64,000 bases of DNA. Origin: Octopus vulgaris. Lineage: Eukaryota. A model generated the notes under the pieces. It was not told where the DNA came from. It worked only from the letters and a program-made list of their open reading frames with translations, and did no database searches. Location of the stretch: NCBI GenBank assembly GCA_951406725.2, contig OX597826.1:26722001-26786000 (forward strand), in the 5' to 3' direction. The translations under genes were made by a program, and so were the position numbers. Shown piece after piece: positions 26,938 through 42,114 of the stretch (its first letter is position 1; each line of letters begins with the position of its first letter).

Positions 26938-27440
26938 GAGGTATGTGTGTGTATCGATATATATTTAAATATTATGTTCTATGCCAACCTTCTTGTGCTG
27001 TCCCCTACTAATTCATATTTTAATGCACCTCAATTCCATTATTCTCTTCTCACTCTCTTCCCGTCATGCTTCCTATTTCTCTTTTTATAGTTTTTCTAAA
27101 AATTTCCATATTTTTGTCTTTTGTAAATATCCATCATTCCTCCTGGTATTTTGGGTTTCTTGTTTTCATTTTATTTCCTCGTCATTTGTTTTTCTGTAAT
27201 TCCCTCATTTTATCTTTCCTTTTCTCCTTGTTTCAACTTTCTTTTCCTCCTGTCTTTTTTTTCTTACTTTCGTTCTTTATTTAATACGTAGTTAAGTATA
27301 CAGTCATGTAAGCATGAATATATTTATAATTACGTATATATATATGTAGGTGAAAGCGTTGTAGAAACTGAAAGAAGCCGGTGTTGGTTTGATTACCTTC
27401 CGTAACTAAATGTATCTACAAAAGAGCCGAGAGATTAACT

Positions 27441-27765
27441 GACACTCCGTCGGTTACGACGACGAGGGTCCCATTTGATTCTATGAAAGGAAGAGCCTGA
27501 TAGTCAAATAAACGTGCATGTGAACGAGCACCCGATAGACATGCGTGCACTTAACGTAGCTTTTAGAGAGAGTTCAAATGACGCAGAATATGACAAGGAT
27601 GGCCTTTGGAAATACATATGCTACTCGATTTTACCAGCTGGGTGGACTGAAGCAACTTGAAATACAATGTTTTGTTCAAGTACTGAACGGGTCGCTGTGA
27701 TCTGAAATCACGACCTTGCGATCGTGAGCCGATTATCCTAACCATTAAGCCACGCGCATTCATCT
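27441..27765 (-). mobile_element. Degenerate SINE head D + tail 1
   Basis: Homologous to 27925-28255. Confidence 0.75.
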
Positions 27766-27924
27766 GATAAATTAAGTATCAGGTTTTTTTTTAAGGATGC
27801 TCTACGGTGTTGCCCATTCATGGATGCAATCACTACAAATATATATATACATGTGGCGGAGATAGGGAGAGAATAAATATAGAGAAGGTAGAGAGACAAT
27901 CACTACAAATATATATATACATGT

Positions 27925-28255
27925 AGGAGCACTCCGTCGGTTACGACGACGAGAGTAGCAGCTGATACGATCAACGGAACAGCTTTGCTCGTGAAATTAA
28001 CGTGTAAGTGACTGAGCAATTTACAGACACGTTTACCATTAACGTAGTTCTCGGGGAGATTCAGCGTGACACAGAGTGTGACAAGGCTAGCTCTTTGAAA
28101 TACAGGTACTACTCATTTTGTGCCAGCTGAGTGGACTGGAGCAACGTGAAATAAAGTGTCTTGTTCAAGGACACAACGCGTCGCCGGGAATTGAACTCGC
28201 GACCTTACAATCGTGAGCCGAATGCCCTAACTACTAAGCCACGCACCTTCACATA
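27925..28255 (-). mobile_element. SINE head D + tail 1
   Basis: tRNA-like head with B box GAGTTCAATTCCC, CORE-like block, tail 1. Confidence 0.85.
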
Positions 28256-28446
28256 TATCCATATAGGAGTAAATGTAAGGACAAGCAACTTAGACAAGTC
28301 GATATACAAAAATATTAAATACATTTAATACAGGAAATGTAAATATCTATAAATATAAAAGAAGACCGACTTACACAGAATGGAAAAGATATCACGAATT
28401 TTGGAGGTTAATTCCTGAAAGCACTTTTTATATGTATATATATGTA

Positions 28447-28481
<35 letters not shown>

Positions 28482-28482
<1 letters not shown>

Positions 28483-28862
28483 AGGAGGTGCAATGGCTTA
28501 GTGGTTAGGGCAGCGGACTCGTGGTCATAGTACCGCAGTTTCAATTCCCAGACCGGGTGGTGTGAAAGTATATTCAGCGAAAACACTTAAAACTTCACGA
28601 GGCTCCGGCAGAGTGTCGTGGCGAACCCTGCTGTACTCTCTCACCACAATTTTCTCTCACTCTTTCTTCCTGGTTCTGTTGTACCTGCCTTTCAAAGGGC
28701 CAGTCTTGCCACACACTGTGTCACGCTGAATTTCACTGAGAACTACGTTAAGTGTACATGTGTCTGTGGAGTGCTCAGCCACTTGCACCTTAACTTCACG
28801 AGCAGGATGTTCTGTTGATCGGATCAGCTAGAGCCCTCGTCGTCGTAACCGACAGAGTGCCG
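28482..28862 (+). mobile_element. SINE head C + tail 1
   Basis: Homologous to 558-938. Confidence 0.85.
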
Positions 28863-29015
28863 TCTATATGTAAATTTTTTGTATCAAATGTATTAAATAT
28901 TCTTTTGTTTATCAACTTGCCTAAATTTTATGTCGTTATCTTTACTCCTGTATCTGCTCAGCTTCAAATATCTTAAGTACTACGAAATATATTATATACA
29001 GAGAATAACTATCTC

Positions 29016-29052
<37 letters not shown>

Positions 29053-29409
29053 ACAAAATGGAATAAGAACAACGACACAAATAAAACAAGGACGGAAAAA
29101 ACGGAGAATGCTACACAAATACAAATAACAGGACATAACAACGGTGTCTTTCGACTATAGACGAATCAAACTAAGCTGGAGTGTGGGGAAATAAAGCCCC
29201 ACGGCCGGGATACAAGATTTTAATGGCACAGGGATTTTAATGGCACAGGTCGAACGAATAAGAATAGTGACGTACAAGATTTAGATAAATATATACTTAC
29301 ATACAAGAGATCAAGGTGTACGTAACCCACTACATATATATAGAGCAAAATTTAGATTCAATTTATATATATTAATAAATATATATACACATATACACAC
29401 ATATCTTTA

Positions 29410-29615
29410 ATCTTTTAGTGCGTTCAGTCATCACATAGTGGCCCTGCGACGGCATCTCCTTTAGGAGTATGAGTTGAAAGAATCGACCCCAGCACTTCAT
29501 ATAAAATATTTTCCCCGAATCGCCAGAAGCGGTTGACAAGCGGTGATGGGTGACAAACACACATACACGTAGGTACGCGCTCACGCGCGCGCGCACACAC
29601 ACAGACGCGCTTACA

Positions 29616-29646
<31 letters not shown>

Positions 29647-29735
29647 GCACATACATATACAGTTTTCTCTTACCAAATGCACTTGGTTGGCCCGAAGCTA
29701 AAATAGAAAGCATTGGAGCAATTTCCATGCAGTGA
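29410..29735 (-). mobile_element. Degenerate SINE family A
   Basis: Tail and body remnants around a (CA)/(CG) microsatellite. Confidence 0.6.
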
Positions 29736-30399
29736 AACTAAACGCGCAAGGATAAGGTATGTATGTATATGGAATTGGAAAGACACATGCAACACTTCAT
29801 CCACCGCATGCAGTTCTATGGCTACAACGATAGTCACAAGTTTAGAGTGTACAAAGGAGCAAGGACTAAGTACAAAGCTATCATATAGAGTCATGCTAAG
29901 GGAATCTGCACGCTGTACAGGAGTAAATCATGGAGCAGCATGGGAAGGACCAGTAATATGATAGATAAGGCCAACACTTGGTATGACAACAGAAAATACC
30001 AGTGTCATGTTCTATGATACTAACCCTGGCGGCGAATTAGCACATCTCTTTAGAAAAACATTAAGGCTAATCTACGAATTAAAGTAATGGGGAGGCCTGG
30101 TGACCCTTTTAAATCCATGATTGCAATACCTATCCCTTTGATAAGTCTCCTTGTACTGAGTACAATTATAGCGCATGCAGGATGAACACACATGTTAACT
30201 GCAGAGTAATATCTTACGATATACTGAGAGACGGTACAGAAACATGACAATTACCTACATAGGAGAGACTGCACACAGAACAGGAGAATGTATAGGTGGC
30301 CATTGGCGAGAGCTGAAAGAAGGGGAAAGCTCGCCAATGCACAACAGGAACAGGCAGAACATGGAGGCTCGATTAATAGCATAGAGTTAAAGTACTATC

Positions 30400-31870
<1,471 letters not shown>

Positions 31871-32074
31871 CTCCTAATTTAACCCCATACCCACACCCTC
31901 TCCCACTCTCATACTCTTACCGATTATCTCACCCCTTACTCTCACCACCACTCCACGACCATTACCTGCAACATCACCATCACTTGTCAAGCGATAGAAA
32001 ATTGGATTACTCGTCCATTTTCTCAAAGGTCAAGAAGTGACCCATTGGACTGAGCATAGCGCTGTTCCTTTGCG

Positions 32075-32635
32075 ATGGTAGTAGTGATGATAATGATGAT
32101 GATGATGGTGTCGGAAACATGGTTAGTGATCGAGGTGGTGGTGATGACGGCGGAGGTGATCATAGTAATAGCGATGCAATTATTTGTAATGATGGCGTCG
32201 GCGATGGACGTAGTGGTGAAGCTGGCGTTGATGATGATGATAATGGTGATGATGATATTGGCAATGGAGGTATTGGTGGTAGGTGAGTGGGCGATGGTAG
32301 TAGTGGTAGTGGGAGTAGTGCTATGGGTGATGATGATAGTAGCGGCGATGGCGGTGTTGTAATGATGATGGTGTTGCCGATGGAATTCTTGATGGTTCTG
32401 GAGTCGGTGATGGTGGTATTGGTGATGGCGGCGTATACCATTCAAATGTCCATGATGGTGGTATTGGTGATGGTAGTAAAAGCGAGCTGCAATTGGTGAG
32501 AGTGATAGTGGTGATGGTGTTGATGATAATATTTGTGATGGTGATGGTGGCGATGGTCGTGCTGATAGTGGTGGCAATGTTGGTGGTGTTCTTATCAAGA
32601 GTGGCAGCAACAGTGTTGTCGGTAGTGATGGTCAC
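32075..32635. repeat. Degenerate (GAT/GGT)n trinucleotide field
   Basis: Directly visible. Confidence 0.9.
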
Positions 32636-32689
32636 CACTTCATATTATAGATTCGGCGTCGTTGTCGGTGGCATTGACAACCATAATAT

Positions 32690-32815
32690 TCTTTTCTTCT
32701 CTAGGCACAAGGCCCGAAATTTTTGGGGAGGGGGGCAGTCGATTAGATCGACCCCAGTACGCAACTGTTACTTAATTTATCGACCCCGAAAGGATGAAAG
32801 ACAAAGGCAACCTTG
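32690..32815 (-). mobile_element. SINE family B, 3' half
   Basis: CTCTAGGCACAAGGCCCGAAAT..TCGACCCCGAAAGGATGAAAG. Confidence 0.85.
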
Positions 32816-32870
32816 GCTCAACTCACGAACATTCGAACAGTCAACTGACCATCACCTGGCTCCACCCGCA

Positions 32871-33116
32871 TCACATGGTTAATGTTAACCTCAATTCTTC
32901 TCGCTGAAGGCCATCCACTTCTGGGGTTGTCTTCGGGGATTCCGCGTCCCTTTTTAAACCTTTTGTGTTAATCGAAAACCTATAAACGCAACAGCGTCTA
33001 ATCCCCTTACATTTACTGCAGTAATCTACAGACGGAGTTTTCCCAGTCGGACCAGAAACTTCAGCTGGGTATGTTGCTGTGTGCTCAATACGTGACGGCT
33101 TAAAATTAGGGATGTC
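32871..33116 (-). CDS. Candidate terminal coding exon, unknown product
   Basis: Non-repetitive island; acceptor-like poly-T-AG|ACATCC on the minus strand; only one frame stays open (~80 codons, IPNFKPSRIEH..LTLTM*); no recognised homology. Confidence 0.3.
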   Translation of the reverse strand, partial: DIPNFKPSRIEHTATYPAEVSGPTGKTPSVDYCSKCKGIRRCCVYRFSINTKGLKRDAESPKTTPEVDGLQREELRLTLTM

Positions 33117-33382
33117 TAAAAAAAAAGTACGTGAAAAAACGCACAATGGCTGAAATCACAGATATATTCATCGGATATTACATCACAACATGACGCAAAC
33201 CGCGAATCACCTCCCACTCACAACTCACGCAATACACTAAGTCCCGTTATTTCCTGGTTAAAACTCGAATACTACGTGAATAAGGTTAACGGATATAAAT
33301 ACAATTAAATACAAGCACGCATGTAAACACATACATATACACAGACACACACGCACACACACACGTCTATATATGTATTTCC

Positions 33383-33430
<48 letters not shown>

Positions 33431-33431
33431 C

Positions 33432-33502
<71 letters not shown>

Positions 33503-33724
33503 GTCTGTCTGTCTGTCTGTCTGTCTGTATGTCATTCTCTCTCTCTCTTTCTCTGTATATATATATATATATATATATTATTTCTATGTAATATATTATA
33601 TATATATAATATATACAAAACATTGTAGATCTTTAGCTGGGCTAAAAAGTCACATTCGATCACAGCACCAGTAACAGTTAAGCTTCGTGCAATGGCCATA
33701 CTTGATAACGAGGGGGCAGCGATA

Positions 33725-33772
<48 letters not shown>

Positions 33773-33776
<4 letters not shown>

Positions 33777-34257
33777 AAGAAGGGTAGTAATATTATTTAC
33801 TACCAGGTGCCCAGCACAAAAGACGAATTAGTCATAAGACAAAAATATTATTCATATAGAAAAATATTATTCATGTAGTTATACAATTAAGGGCTCCTAA
33901 ATAAAGATGCCGAGTGCTGGGAACACAAAAAGGGGATGAATTTATCGAGAGTGAAAATCAAAAACGTTTACCGATAACTTTAACAACTCGTACCGCGGTT
34001 TCTGCTTCTTTCTAGCAAAACACAGAATATGTTTGCTAAGGCCAGCTTCATCAGCAGACCTCGATTAAATTTAGGCGACTCGCTGATGAAGCTGGCCTTA
34101 GCAAACATATTCTGTGTTTTGCTAGAAAGAAGCAGAAACCGCGGTACGAGTTGTTAAAGTTATCGGTAAACGTTTTTGATTTTCACTCTCGATAAATTCA
34201 TCCCCTTTTTGTGTTCCCAGCACTCGGCATCTTTATTTAGGAGCCCTTAATTGTATA
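33773..34257. mobile_element. PLE-type fold-back element in (TA)n
   Basis: Apparently perfect ~176-bp arms 33880-34055 / 34082-34257, 26-bp spacer, one-sided ~105-bp extension, (TA)n on both sides. Confidence 0.85.
34076..34153 (+). ncRNA. Minimal type I hammerhead ribozyme with intact core
   Basis: Helix I CGACUCG/CGAGUUG, CUGAUGA, extended helix II, GAAAC CGCG GUA (palindromic ACCGCGGU); predicted cleavage after 34146. Confidence 0.85.
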
Positions 34258-34276
34258 TATATATATATATATATAA

Positions 34277-34329
<53 letters not shown>

Positions 34330-34827
34330 ATATATATACACACTTATATATATATATGTATATATATATATGTATATATAAAATAAATATAAGAGAGTGG
34401 TCACTATATTGCTCACTCTAGCACCAGTTAATCCAAAAGGTTTCAACCACGAAAATACATGCTTACCATGAAAGTCAGTACGATTGTTAGCTCACACGGA
34501 CAGGGCAAATAAAAAATAACAAAAATACAGATTATTTTGGGACAATTGTTTCGCTATTAATGAATTAAATGTAATTTTACTTACAAAAAAAAATCCATTT
34601 GTAGCTCGTCAGCCAAGACTATCTGGATGAAATCCACTCAATCACACGCCAGATTTTACCATAACGATAAATACGCGTGTGGTTCAATTGATTACATCCG
34701 ACGTTATAATTCAAATGCCCCAACCAACAGCGCGCCAAACTTTCACGGAAAACAAATACAGCATTTAGAAATAAATGCAGCATAATTATATTAATTAATT
34801 ATATGTATATATATATATGTATATAGA

Positions 34828-34874
<47 letters not shown>

Positions 34875-35290
34875 TCTCTTTACTCTTTACTCTTTTACTT
34901 GTTTCAGTCATCTGACTGCGGCCGTGCTGGAGCACCGCCTTTAGTCGAGCAAATCGACCCCGGGACTTATTCTTTGTAAGCCCAGTACTTATTATATCGG
35001 TCTCTTTTTTGCCGAACCGCTAAGTTACGGGGACGTAAACAAACCAGCATCGGTTGTCAAGCAATGCTAGAGGGACAAACACAGACACACAAACATATAC
35101 ACACATATACATATATATACATATATACGACAGGCTTCTTACAGTTTCCATCAACCAAATCCACTTACAAGGCATTGGTCGGTTCGAGGCTATAGCAGAA
35201 GACTCTTGCCCAAGATGCCACGCAGTGGGACTGAACCCGGAACCATGTGGTTGGTTAGCAAGCTACTTACCACACAGCCACTCCTGCGCC
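34875..35290 (-). mobile_element. SINE family A, full length
   Basis: End-to-end homology to 50690-51095. Confidence 0.92.
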
Positions 35291-35296
35291 TATATA

Positions 35297-35593
35297 TATG
35301 TGGAGGCGCATATATACATATACTCGCGGTCGTAAGAACGCGGTTTCGATTTCCAGACCGGGCGTTTTGAGTGTTTATTGAGCGAAAACAACTAAAAGCT
35401 CCACAATGCTCCGGCAGGGGGTGGTGATCCCTGCTGTACTCTTTCACCACTCTTTCTCTCACTCTTTCTTCTGTTGGTCTGCTCGCTTAGCCAGCGGGGT
35501 GGTGTCATTCGAAGGCTAAAACAATGCGAACGCATTGTGACCAGCGATGTGTAGCAACATCTGATGGTTTGGTTAGTCACGTGATCACGTGAT
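35297..35593 (+). mobile_element. SINE head C + tail 2
   Basis: Homologous to 12545-12852; part of the head is replaced by a short TA run. Confidence 0.85.
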
Positions 35594-35880
35594 GTATATA
35601 TATATATATATTTATATATGTATATATATATATATATATATATGTACATATACACACACACATATATTTTTTATTTTATTATTTGTCTCAATAACTTGAC
35701 TGCGGCCATACTGGAGCACCGCCTTTAGTCGAAAATAATGGACCCTATGACTTATTCTTTGTAAGACTAGTATTAATAATGTCGCCTCTCTCTGTATCAC
35801 AATCTGTTTCCCTGAAGTCGTGATACAAAGTAAAATCCACATATACCAAAGCTGTTACTATATATATGTAGTTAATCCAA

Positions 35881-35931
<51 letters not shown>

Positions 35932-36401
35932 CAACAAACAAGCACACAGGCACACACACATTCCTAGAATCAGTCACAGAGAGAAAGACACACTGAAAAA
36001 CATACAAACACATATGGAACTCTTATCGCGTCCATCAACATCGATGCGATAGCTACTCCAGCGAAGGCAAAGATGTGACAGTTGTGTAACGATTTCCCTG
36101 CCTAACACGGCGCAGGTGTCTGTCGGAAGTGTATAACTTTGGACGCTTTTAAAAACAATATATTCTGATTCATCCTAAGCGTTACTGAGGTTTACAGTCG
36201 CATGGGAATGCGAGTAAATGCGATCGACTTCAGAATTTCATTGTGTTTGATAGAATCAGAAACATTGAAATAAAATACTTCAAAATCCTTTTTCAGCGTC
36301 ATGGGGTTTAGGGTTTCTTAGTTTGTGGGTATGAATATATGAATAAGTGGATGAGTGAGCCCGAGAAATATATAGAAATACATAGAAATAATGCATGTTT
36401 A

Positions 36402-36438
<37 letters not shown>

Positions 36439-36531
36439 GCATATATATATATGCATATGTACATATATATGTATATATATATACATACATATATATATAC
36501 ATACAAATATACACACATGCATATGTATATA

Positions 36532-36598
<67 letters not shown>

Positions 36599-37142
36599 CT
36601 TTCTCCCCATTGTTCTTTCTCTATCTCTAGATGTATACATTTGTATATATTTATGATATATAAGTACAGAAGCCCACCTCATTCGCGCTGCTTCTATAGA
36701 GGTTACACGTGAGGAGAATGTTGAATACTTAAGTAGATATCAGGAATCTTACAGCATTGATCTTAATCCTTGTGGTAATTAAATATAATTTAAAAGACTC
36801 TTTGAAACACTTCTGGCTACCATCTCCCACGCTATCTCCGTATAATCACAACTAAATACATACAATTACACAGAATCATATGCAGGAGCCCGTATATGTC
36901 TGCTATGTATGCACGTGTGTATACATGTACGTATATGAGTGCTCATGTATGTGTATGTGTGTAAGTGTGTGTGTGTATGTGTGTGTGTGTCAATGCATGC
37001 ATATATATTCGTGTTTCAAGTGAGGCAGTGTTTGTTCTCCTCCCTACATATATGCATACATACACACATACAAGACTATTACTACGACTACTTCTATCAT
37101 TACCAGACACATACGTACTTATATATATATATATATATACAC

Positions 37143-37274
37143 GAACCACATGATTTGGGGTTCAGCCTTATTGCGTGGCACCTTGGGCAAGTACCTTCCA
37201 CTATAGCCTCGGGCCAAACAAAGCCTTATGAGTGGATTTGTTAGACACAAACTGAAAGAAGCTCGTCGTATATA

Positions 37275-37311
<37 letters not shown>

Positions 37312-37500
37312 GTATATGTTTGTGTGTCTGTGTCCCCCCAACATCGCTTGAAACCGATGCTGGTGTGCTTAGCGGTTCGACAATAGAACCGATAGAATAA
37401 GTACTAGGCTTACAAAGAATAAGTCCTGGGTGTCGATTTGCTCGACTAAAGGCGGTGCTCTTGCATGGCTACAGTCAAATAACTGAAACAAGTAAAAGTG
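37143..37500 (+). mobile_element. SINE family A
   Basis: Body and tail homology. Confidence 0.88.
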
Positions 37501-37551
<51 letters not shown>

Positions 37552-37994
37552 ATCACGTGACCGACCAGTCCATCAGATGTAGTAATTATTAAAACAAAGT
37601 TTTATATCTTGGACATAGTGATACCGAATATTTCGCATCCACAAAGCTAAAGCTTTGCGGACATCTATATAAAAAAATATCAAAATTATCAAAAATTATC
37701 AAATTTCTACGTCGCTGACGTAGGGGAACGCTCGGAGAACGAGAAATACGTCTTAAATAATAAAAAAATAATGGGGACGTGTTATTTCCCCTGAAGCAGA
37801 GGAAAAAACCCCAACTCTTATAGACCCAAAGTGTCCTAACTAGCAAACGGGGAGGTCCAATTTTCTATTAAGTAGCTCCACATTTAGTGGCCACATTTAG
37901 AAAGTACTTCTTTCCGACTATTTGACGCGTGTGGTTTCGTGTAGGCTCTCTCCGTGATGCAGTTCTTGGAACGACCACTTCCATTAATATATGA

Positions 37995-38560
37995 GCGTGG
38001 ATGATCAATTAATTTCCACCTGATAACACGTGGGGTACCTCGATCTTTCTGGGACTGTGGAGGAATACTGGTGGTTAAGAAGACGTCGTTTGAAGGAAGT
38101 ACTCGCAGATCCAATCTATCCACAAACGTGGGATGTGGCCCTAATCGCACTCCTGTTAGCATATGGTGCGGAGCCGGTCATTCCTGCGGTGTCGAAGGTA
38201 GGTACTTGGTCATCACCCGTGGTGTTTGTACTGGGAATAGTGGATCCCTCCTCCATGTCGTTGGTCCTGGATTGGTCATTTCTAGGCGCGACAATTGTAC
38301 TGGTGGTAACATACGTTCCGGGCCACGTCACTCTATCTGTATCAATGAAATGTTCAATATCTGTGGCGGTGGTACCGGGGTCTTCGGTGATGCTCTATGT
38401 GACTCTGGTCCTGGACTGTTTATTATCCCTGGGCGTGGCAACTGTATTGGCATAAGGACTGGTTAATCTATTGTTGGATGGTACAATACTGTCATTGCAG
38501 ATAGCATGTCTAGGTATCACCGTAGCCTCATAGATGAGGGTACTTGTTAAAATGTTTTCT
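37995..38560 (-). pseudogene. Interrupted Thr/Ser-rich reading frame of unknown origin
   Basis: One frame runs about 185 codons with only two internal TAG stops and repeats a PR(D/N)..QSRT motif. Confidence 0.35.
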
Positions 38561-39119
38561 TTTTATGTTAGGTGCACAGCTAAAGGAGACTCTTAGGTTG
38601 TGTCTTTTAAGTAAATGCCTGTAGTAATGTGTGTGTTTGTGGGAAATTTTTGTCTATCAATCTAAGGAAAATCGTTCCCACACAAGTCTTGACGTTGAGT
38701 GAGAAATGTAGAACAAACCAAACGTCATTTCTGCAGAGCTTCTTTTCCGGGTGCTCGGGTCAGGCATGCAGTCCGTAAAACCCCTCGATGCCAGTGCCTC
38801 AATCCAGTAGGGGGGGCAATTTTTACCACATTGATTCACAGCAGTCCTTTCATTATTCCTAATTGATGGGACCATTTTTAGCAGAAAATTTCAAAAACCT
38901 TGTCAATATTTGTCTCCAGTTTTCTCGAAGTTCGTCACACCTGTTTTTCCCCATTTTAGCAAAAGTTAAAGAATAATTGTTATATTATTGCAATATGAAT
39001 TAATATTCATTAGACTAATCCTAGACGTTTAGATAAAACTGGTCACTAGTCGAACAATGCCAACATAATTGTCTGGACTCATTTTAAGTACCCTAAGATT
39101 TTAATCCCCGTCCATTAAT

Positions 39120-40125
39120 TCTTCATCATGATCCTTGTCGTCGTCGTCGGCGGCGGCTGCGTTCTTGTCGTCATCATTATCCTCATCATTCTCACCATCA
39201 TAGTCATCGTCAAGAACTTCTTCATCGTTATCGTCGTCGTCATCAACATCATCATCAAGAACAACAACGACATCAACAATAGCTACAATAACATCGTCAC
39301 TCGCATCACCACCAACATACCACTGTCATGGCAAGAAACACTACGACTGCAACCAACACCACATCCACCAGCACCAGCAACACCACCACCACCGCCGCCG
39401 CCGCCAACAACAACAGCAAGAACAACAACACCACCACCACCAACAACAACAACAACGACGACGACGACAACAAGAACAAAATCGGCAGCACCACCACCGC
39501 CACCACTATCATCATTGGCGTCGAAGTCGTCGTCATAATCATCATCATCATAATCCTTACCGTCGTCATCGTCATCATCAACATCCTCAACATCATCAGC
39601 AGCAGCAACATCGTCATCATCCCCATCTTCCTACTCCTATCTCCACCACCGCCGCCGCCGCCGCCGCCGCCGCCATCACCACAACCACCAAAACCATGAT
39701 CATTATCACTGTCTTCGTTATCAACATGATCATCGTCATCATTATCATCATCATCATCCTCACCATTATCATCATCGTTATCAACATCATCATCGTCTTC
39801 ATCATCATCATCATCCTCATCATTATCATCATGATGATCATCATCAACATCATCGCTTCAACCCTCGCCATCACCGTAATCATCGCAACCCTTATCCATT
39901 ATTATCATCATCGTGATCTTCATCATCAACTTCATCTTCATCATCATCATCATCATCATCATCACCATTATCATCATCATCATCATCGTCGTCATAATCA
40001 TCGTCATCATCATCATCCTCCTCCTCATAATCATCATCGTCTTCATCATCATCATCATCGACGTCGTTGTCATCGTCATCGTCTCAAATCTCCGTCGTTG
40101 CTATCGTTGTCGTTATCATCTCTAC
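39120..40125. repeat. Degenerate (CAT/CAC/CAA/CGT)n trinucleotide field
   Basis: Directly visible. Confidence 0.9.
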
Positions 40126-40789
40126 TGAACAACGTCATCGAGACATTTCCCACACAAGAAAATTATTACCAAACGAACACAAATAATACAAATGAAAACG
40201 AGCTTTCACTTGTTACTGTAACAGTCATGAAATATTCACTAATACATGCAGACAGTGATAAACGAGTTACAGTATATTGAAGACAGGGAAATATGATAAT
40301 GCTAACAAAATTAGAATGGAAAATATTAATAGTAATGATAGCAATAATAAAAGTGATAATAATAATAACTACAATGACGAGGTAATATGCAAAACTTCGC
40401 TAAAAAAAATGAAGACAATTATAAAACGCTAAAAATACAGAACATGTATATGTGTACGTATGTGTATGTATGTATGCATCCATGTGTGTATGCATGTATT
40501 TATGTATACACATGTGTGTGAGTATATGTGAGCATGTGTGCATATATATCTATTTGTATATGCATATACATGTATATATATATACTTATATATGCATATA
40601 TATGCATTTATGTATGTATACATATATATATGTATGTGTGATTGTGTGCGTGCGTGTTACATACATGCATATATGTGTGTGTATATGTACGTATATGTAT
40701 ATTTATATATATGTATATATATGTCTTTATGTATGTATGTATGTATATATACTTACAGTCAAATATATATATATATATAATGTATATAT

Positions 40790-41072
40790 ATGTATATAAT
40801 GTATATATATGAGTGTGTGTGTGTGTATGCATTTGTGGAAATATATTATAGTATTATATTTCTTAAATAAACAAATTTCGTTCTGTGTGTATATGTGTAT
40901 CTCTTTGTGTGTGCGTGTTTGTATGTATACAATCATGTATTCATATATACAAACACGCACACACAAAGAGATACCCATATACACACACAACGAAATGCGT
41001 TTATGTAAGAAATATGCTATAATATATTCCTACAAATACATACACACACACACTCATATATATACATTATAT

Positions 41073-41075
<3 letters not shown>
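40790..41075. repeat. Diverged inverted repeat within microsatellite-derived sequence
   Basis: ATCTCTTTGTGTGTGCGTGTTTGTAT vs ATACAAACACGCACACACAAAGAGAT; ATTTCGTT vs AACGAAAT. Confidence 0.8.
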
Positions 41076-41129
<54 letters not shown>

Positions 41130-41346
41130 TGTAAGTATATATACATAATACAAACATAAATACATATATATATATATGTATATATACATAAATGCATACA
41201 CAAACTCATATATACAAGCACACACACTCATACATACAGACGCACTCATATATACATACGTATATATAACTGTAAATATACATATATATATACATATGTG
41301 TGTGATTGTGTTAGTGTTCCAGCAAACACACACACGCATGCACACA

Positions 41347-41401
<55 letters not shown>

Positions 41402-41840
41402 GCGTATGTGTTGATGCACACATATGTAGAAATACACATGAAAAGGAGACGGTGTAAAGCCGTGAGAGTAGAGAAAGAACAGACTATGTGTCAGAGACTT
41501 AAAATACGAACATAAATATGCATAATAATTTAAAACTTTGCAAAAGTTAATTAAGTAAACTAATACCGAAAACGCCGATAGATTAATGCTTCATTAGTCA
41601 AATTGTAATACAATATATTAGAAGAAACATCAAATTGTGGCATAACAATTACAGAAAATGGCGGGATGGTTGCTATTCATGTTACAGATCAATATCACGT
41701 GGTGTTGGTTTGCCATGGACGGAAAAAAAGAATTTATGAAACACGAATAAAAATATATGGGGTGAGGACGTTTGTTTTTAAATTGATGTCAAAAGTAATC
41801 TTAATATGTGCACATATGTATATGTGTATGCTTGTCTAAG

Positions 41841-41901
<61 letters not shown>

Positions 41902-41904
<3 letters not shown>

Positions 41905-42112
41905 ACTACCCACAAGGGGCTAAACACAGAGGGGATAAACAAGGACAGACAAAGGGATTAAGTCGATTACATCGACCCCAGTGAACTAGTACTTAATTTA
42001 TCGACCCCGAAAGGATGAAAGGCAAAGTCGACCTCAGCGGTATTTGAACTCAGAACTTAACGGCAGAGGAAATACGGCTACGCATTTCGCCCGGCGTGCT
42101 AACGTTTCTGCA
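41902..42112 (-). mobile_element. SINE family B
   Basis: Reverse complement of the 18448-18688 type. Confidence 0.88.
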
Positions 42113-42114
42113 TC

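Noticed and set aside
29050-29370. Another hammerhead-bearing element between TA runs
   Set aside because: Only a CGAAA box on the minus strand; no CUGANGA or helix III could be placed
35575-35593. Tandem CACGTG E-boxes as a regulatory site
   Set aside because: This is the terminal repeat of SINE tail 2 (also at 12835 and 37545); no evidence of function
38030-38466. Plus-strand 141-aa and 131-aa ORFs
   Set aside because: Val/Gly-rich antisense shadows of the Thr-rich minus frame
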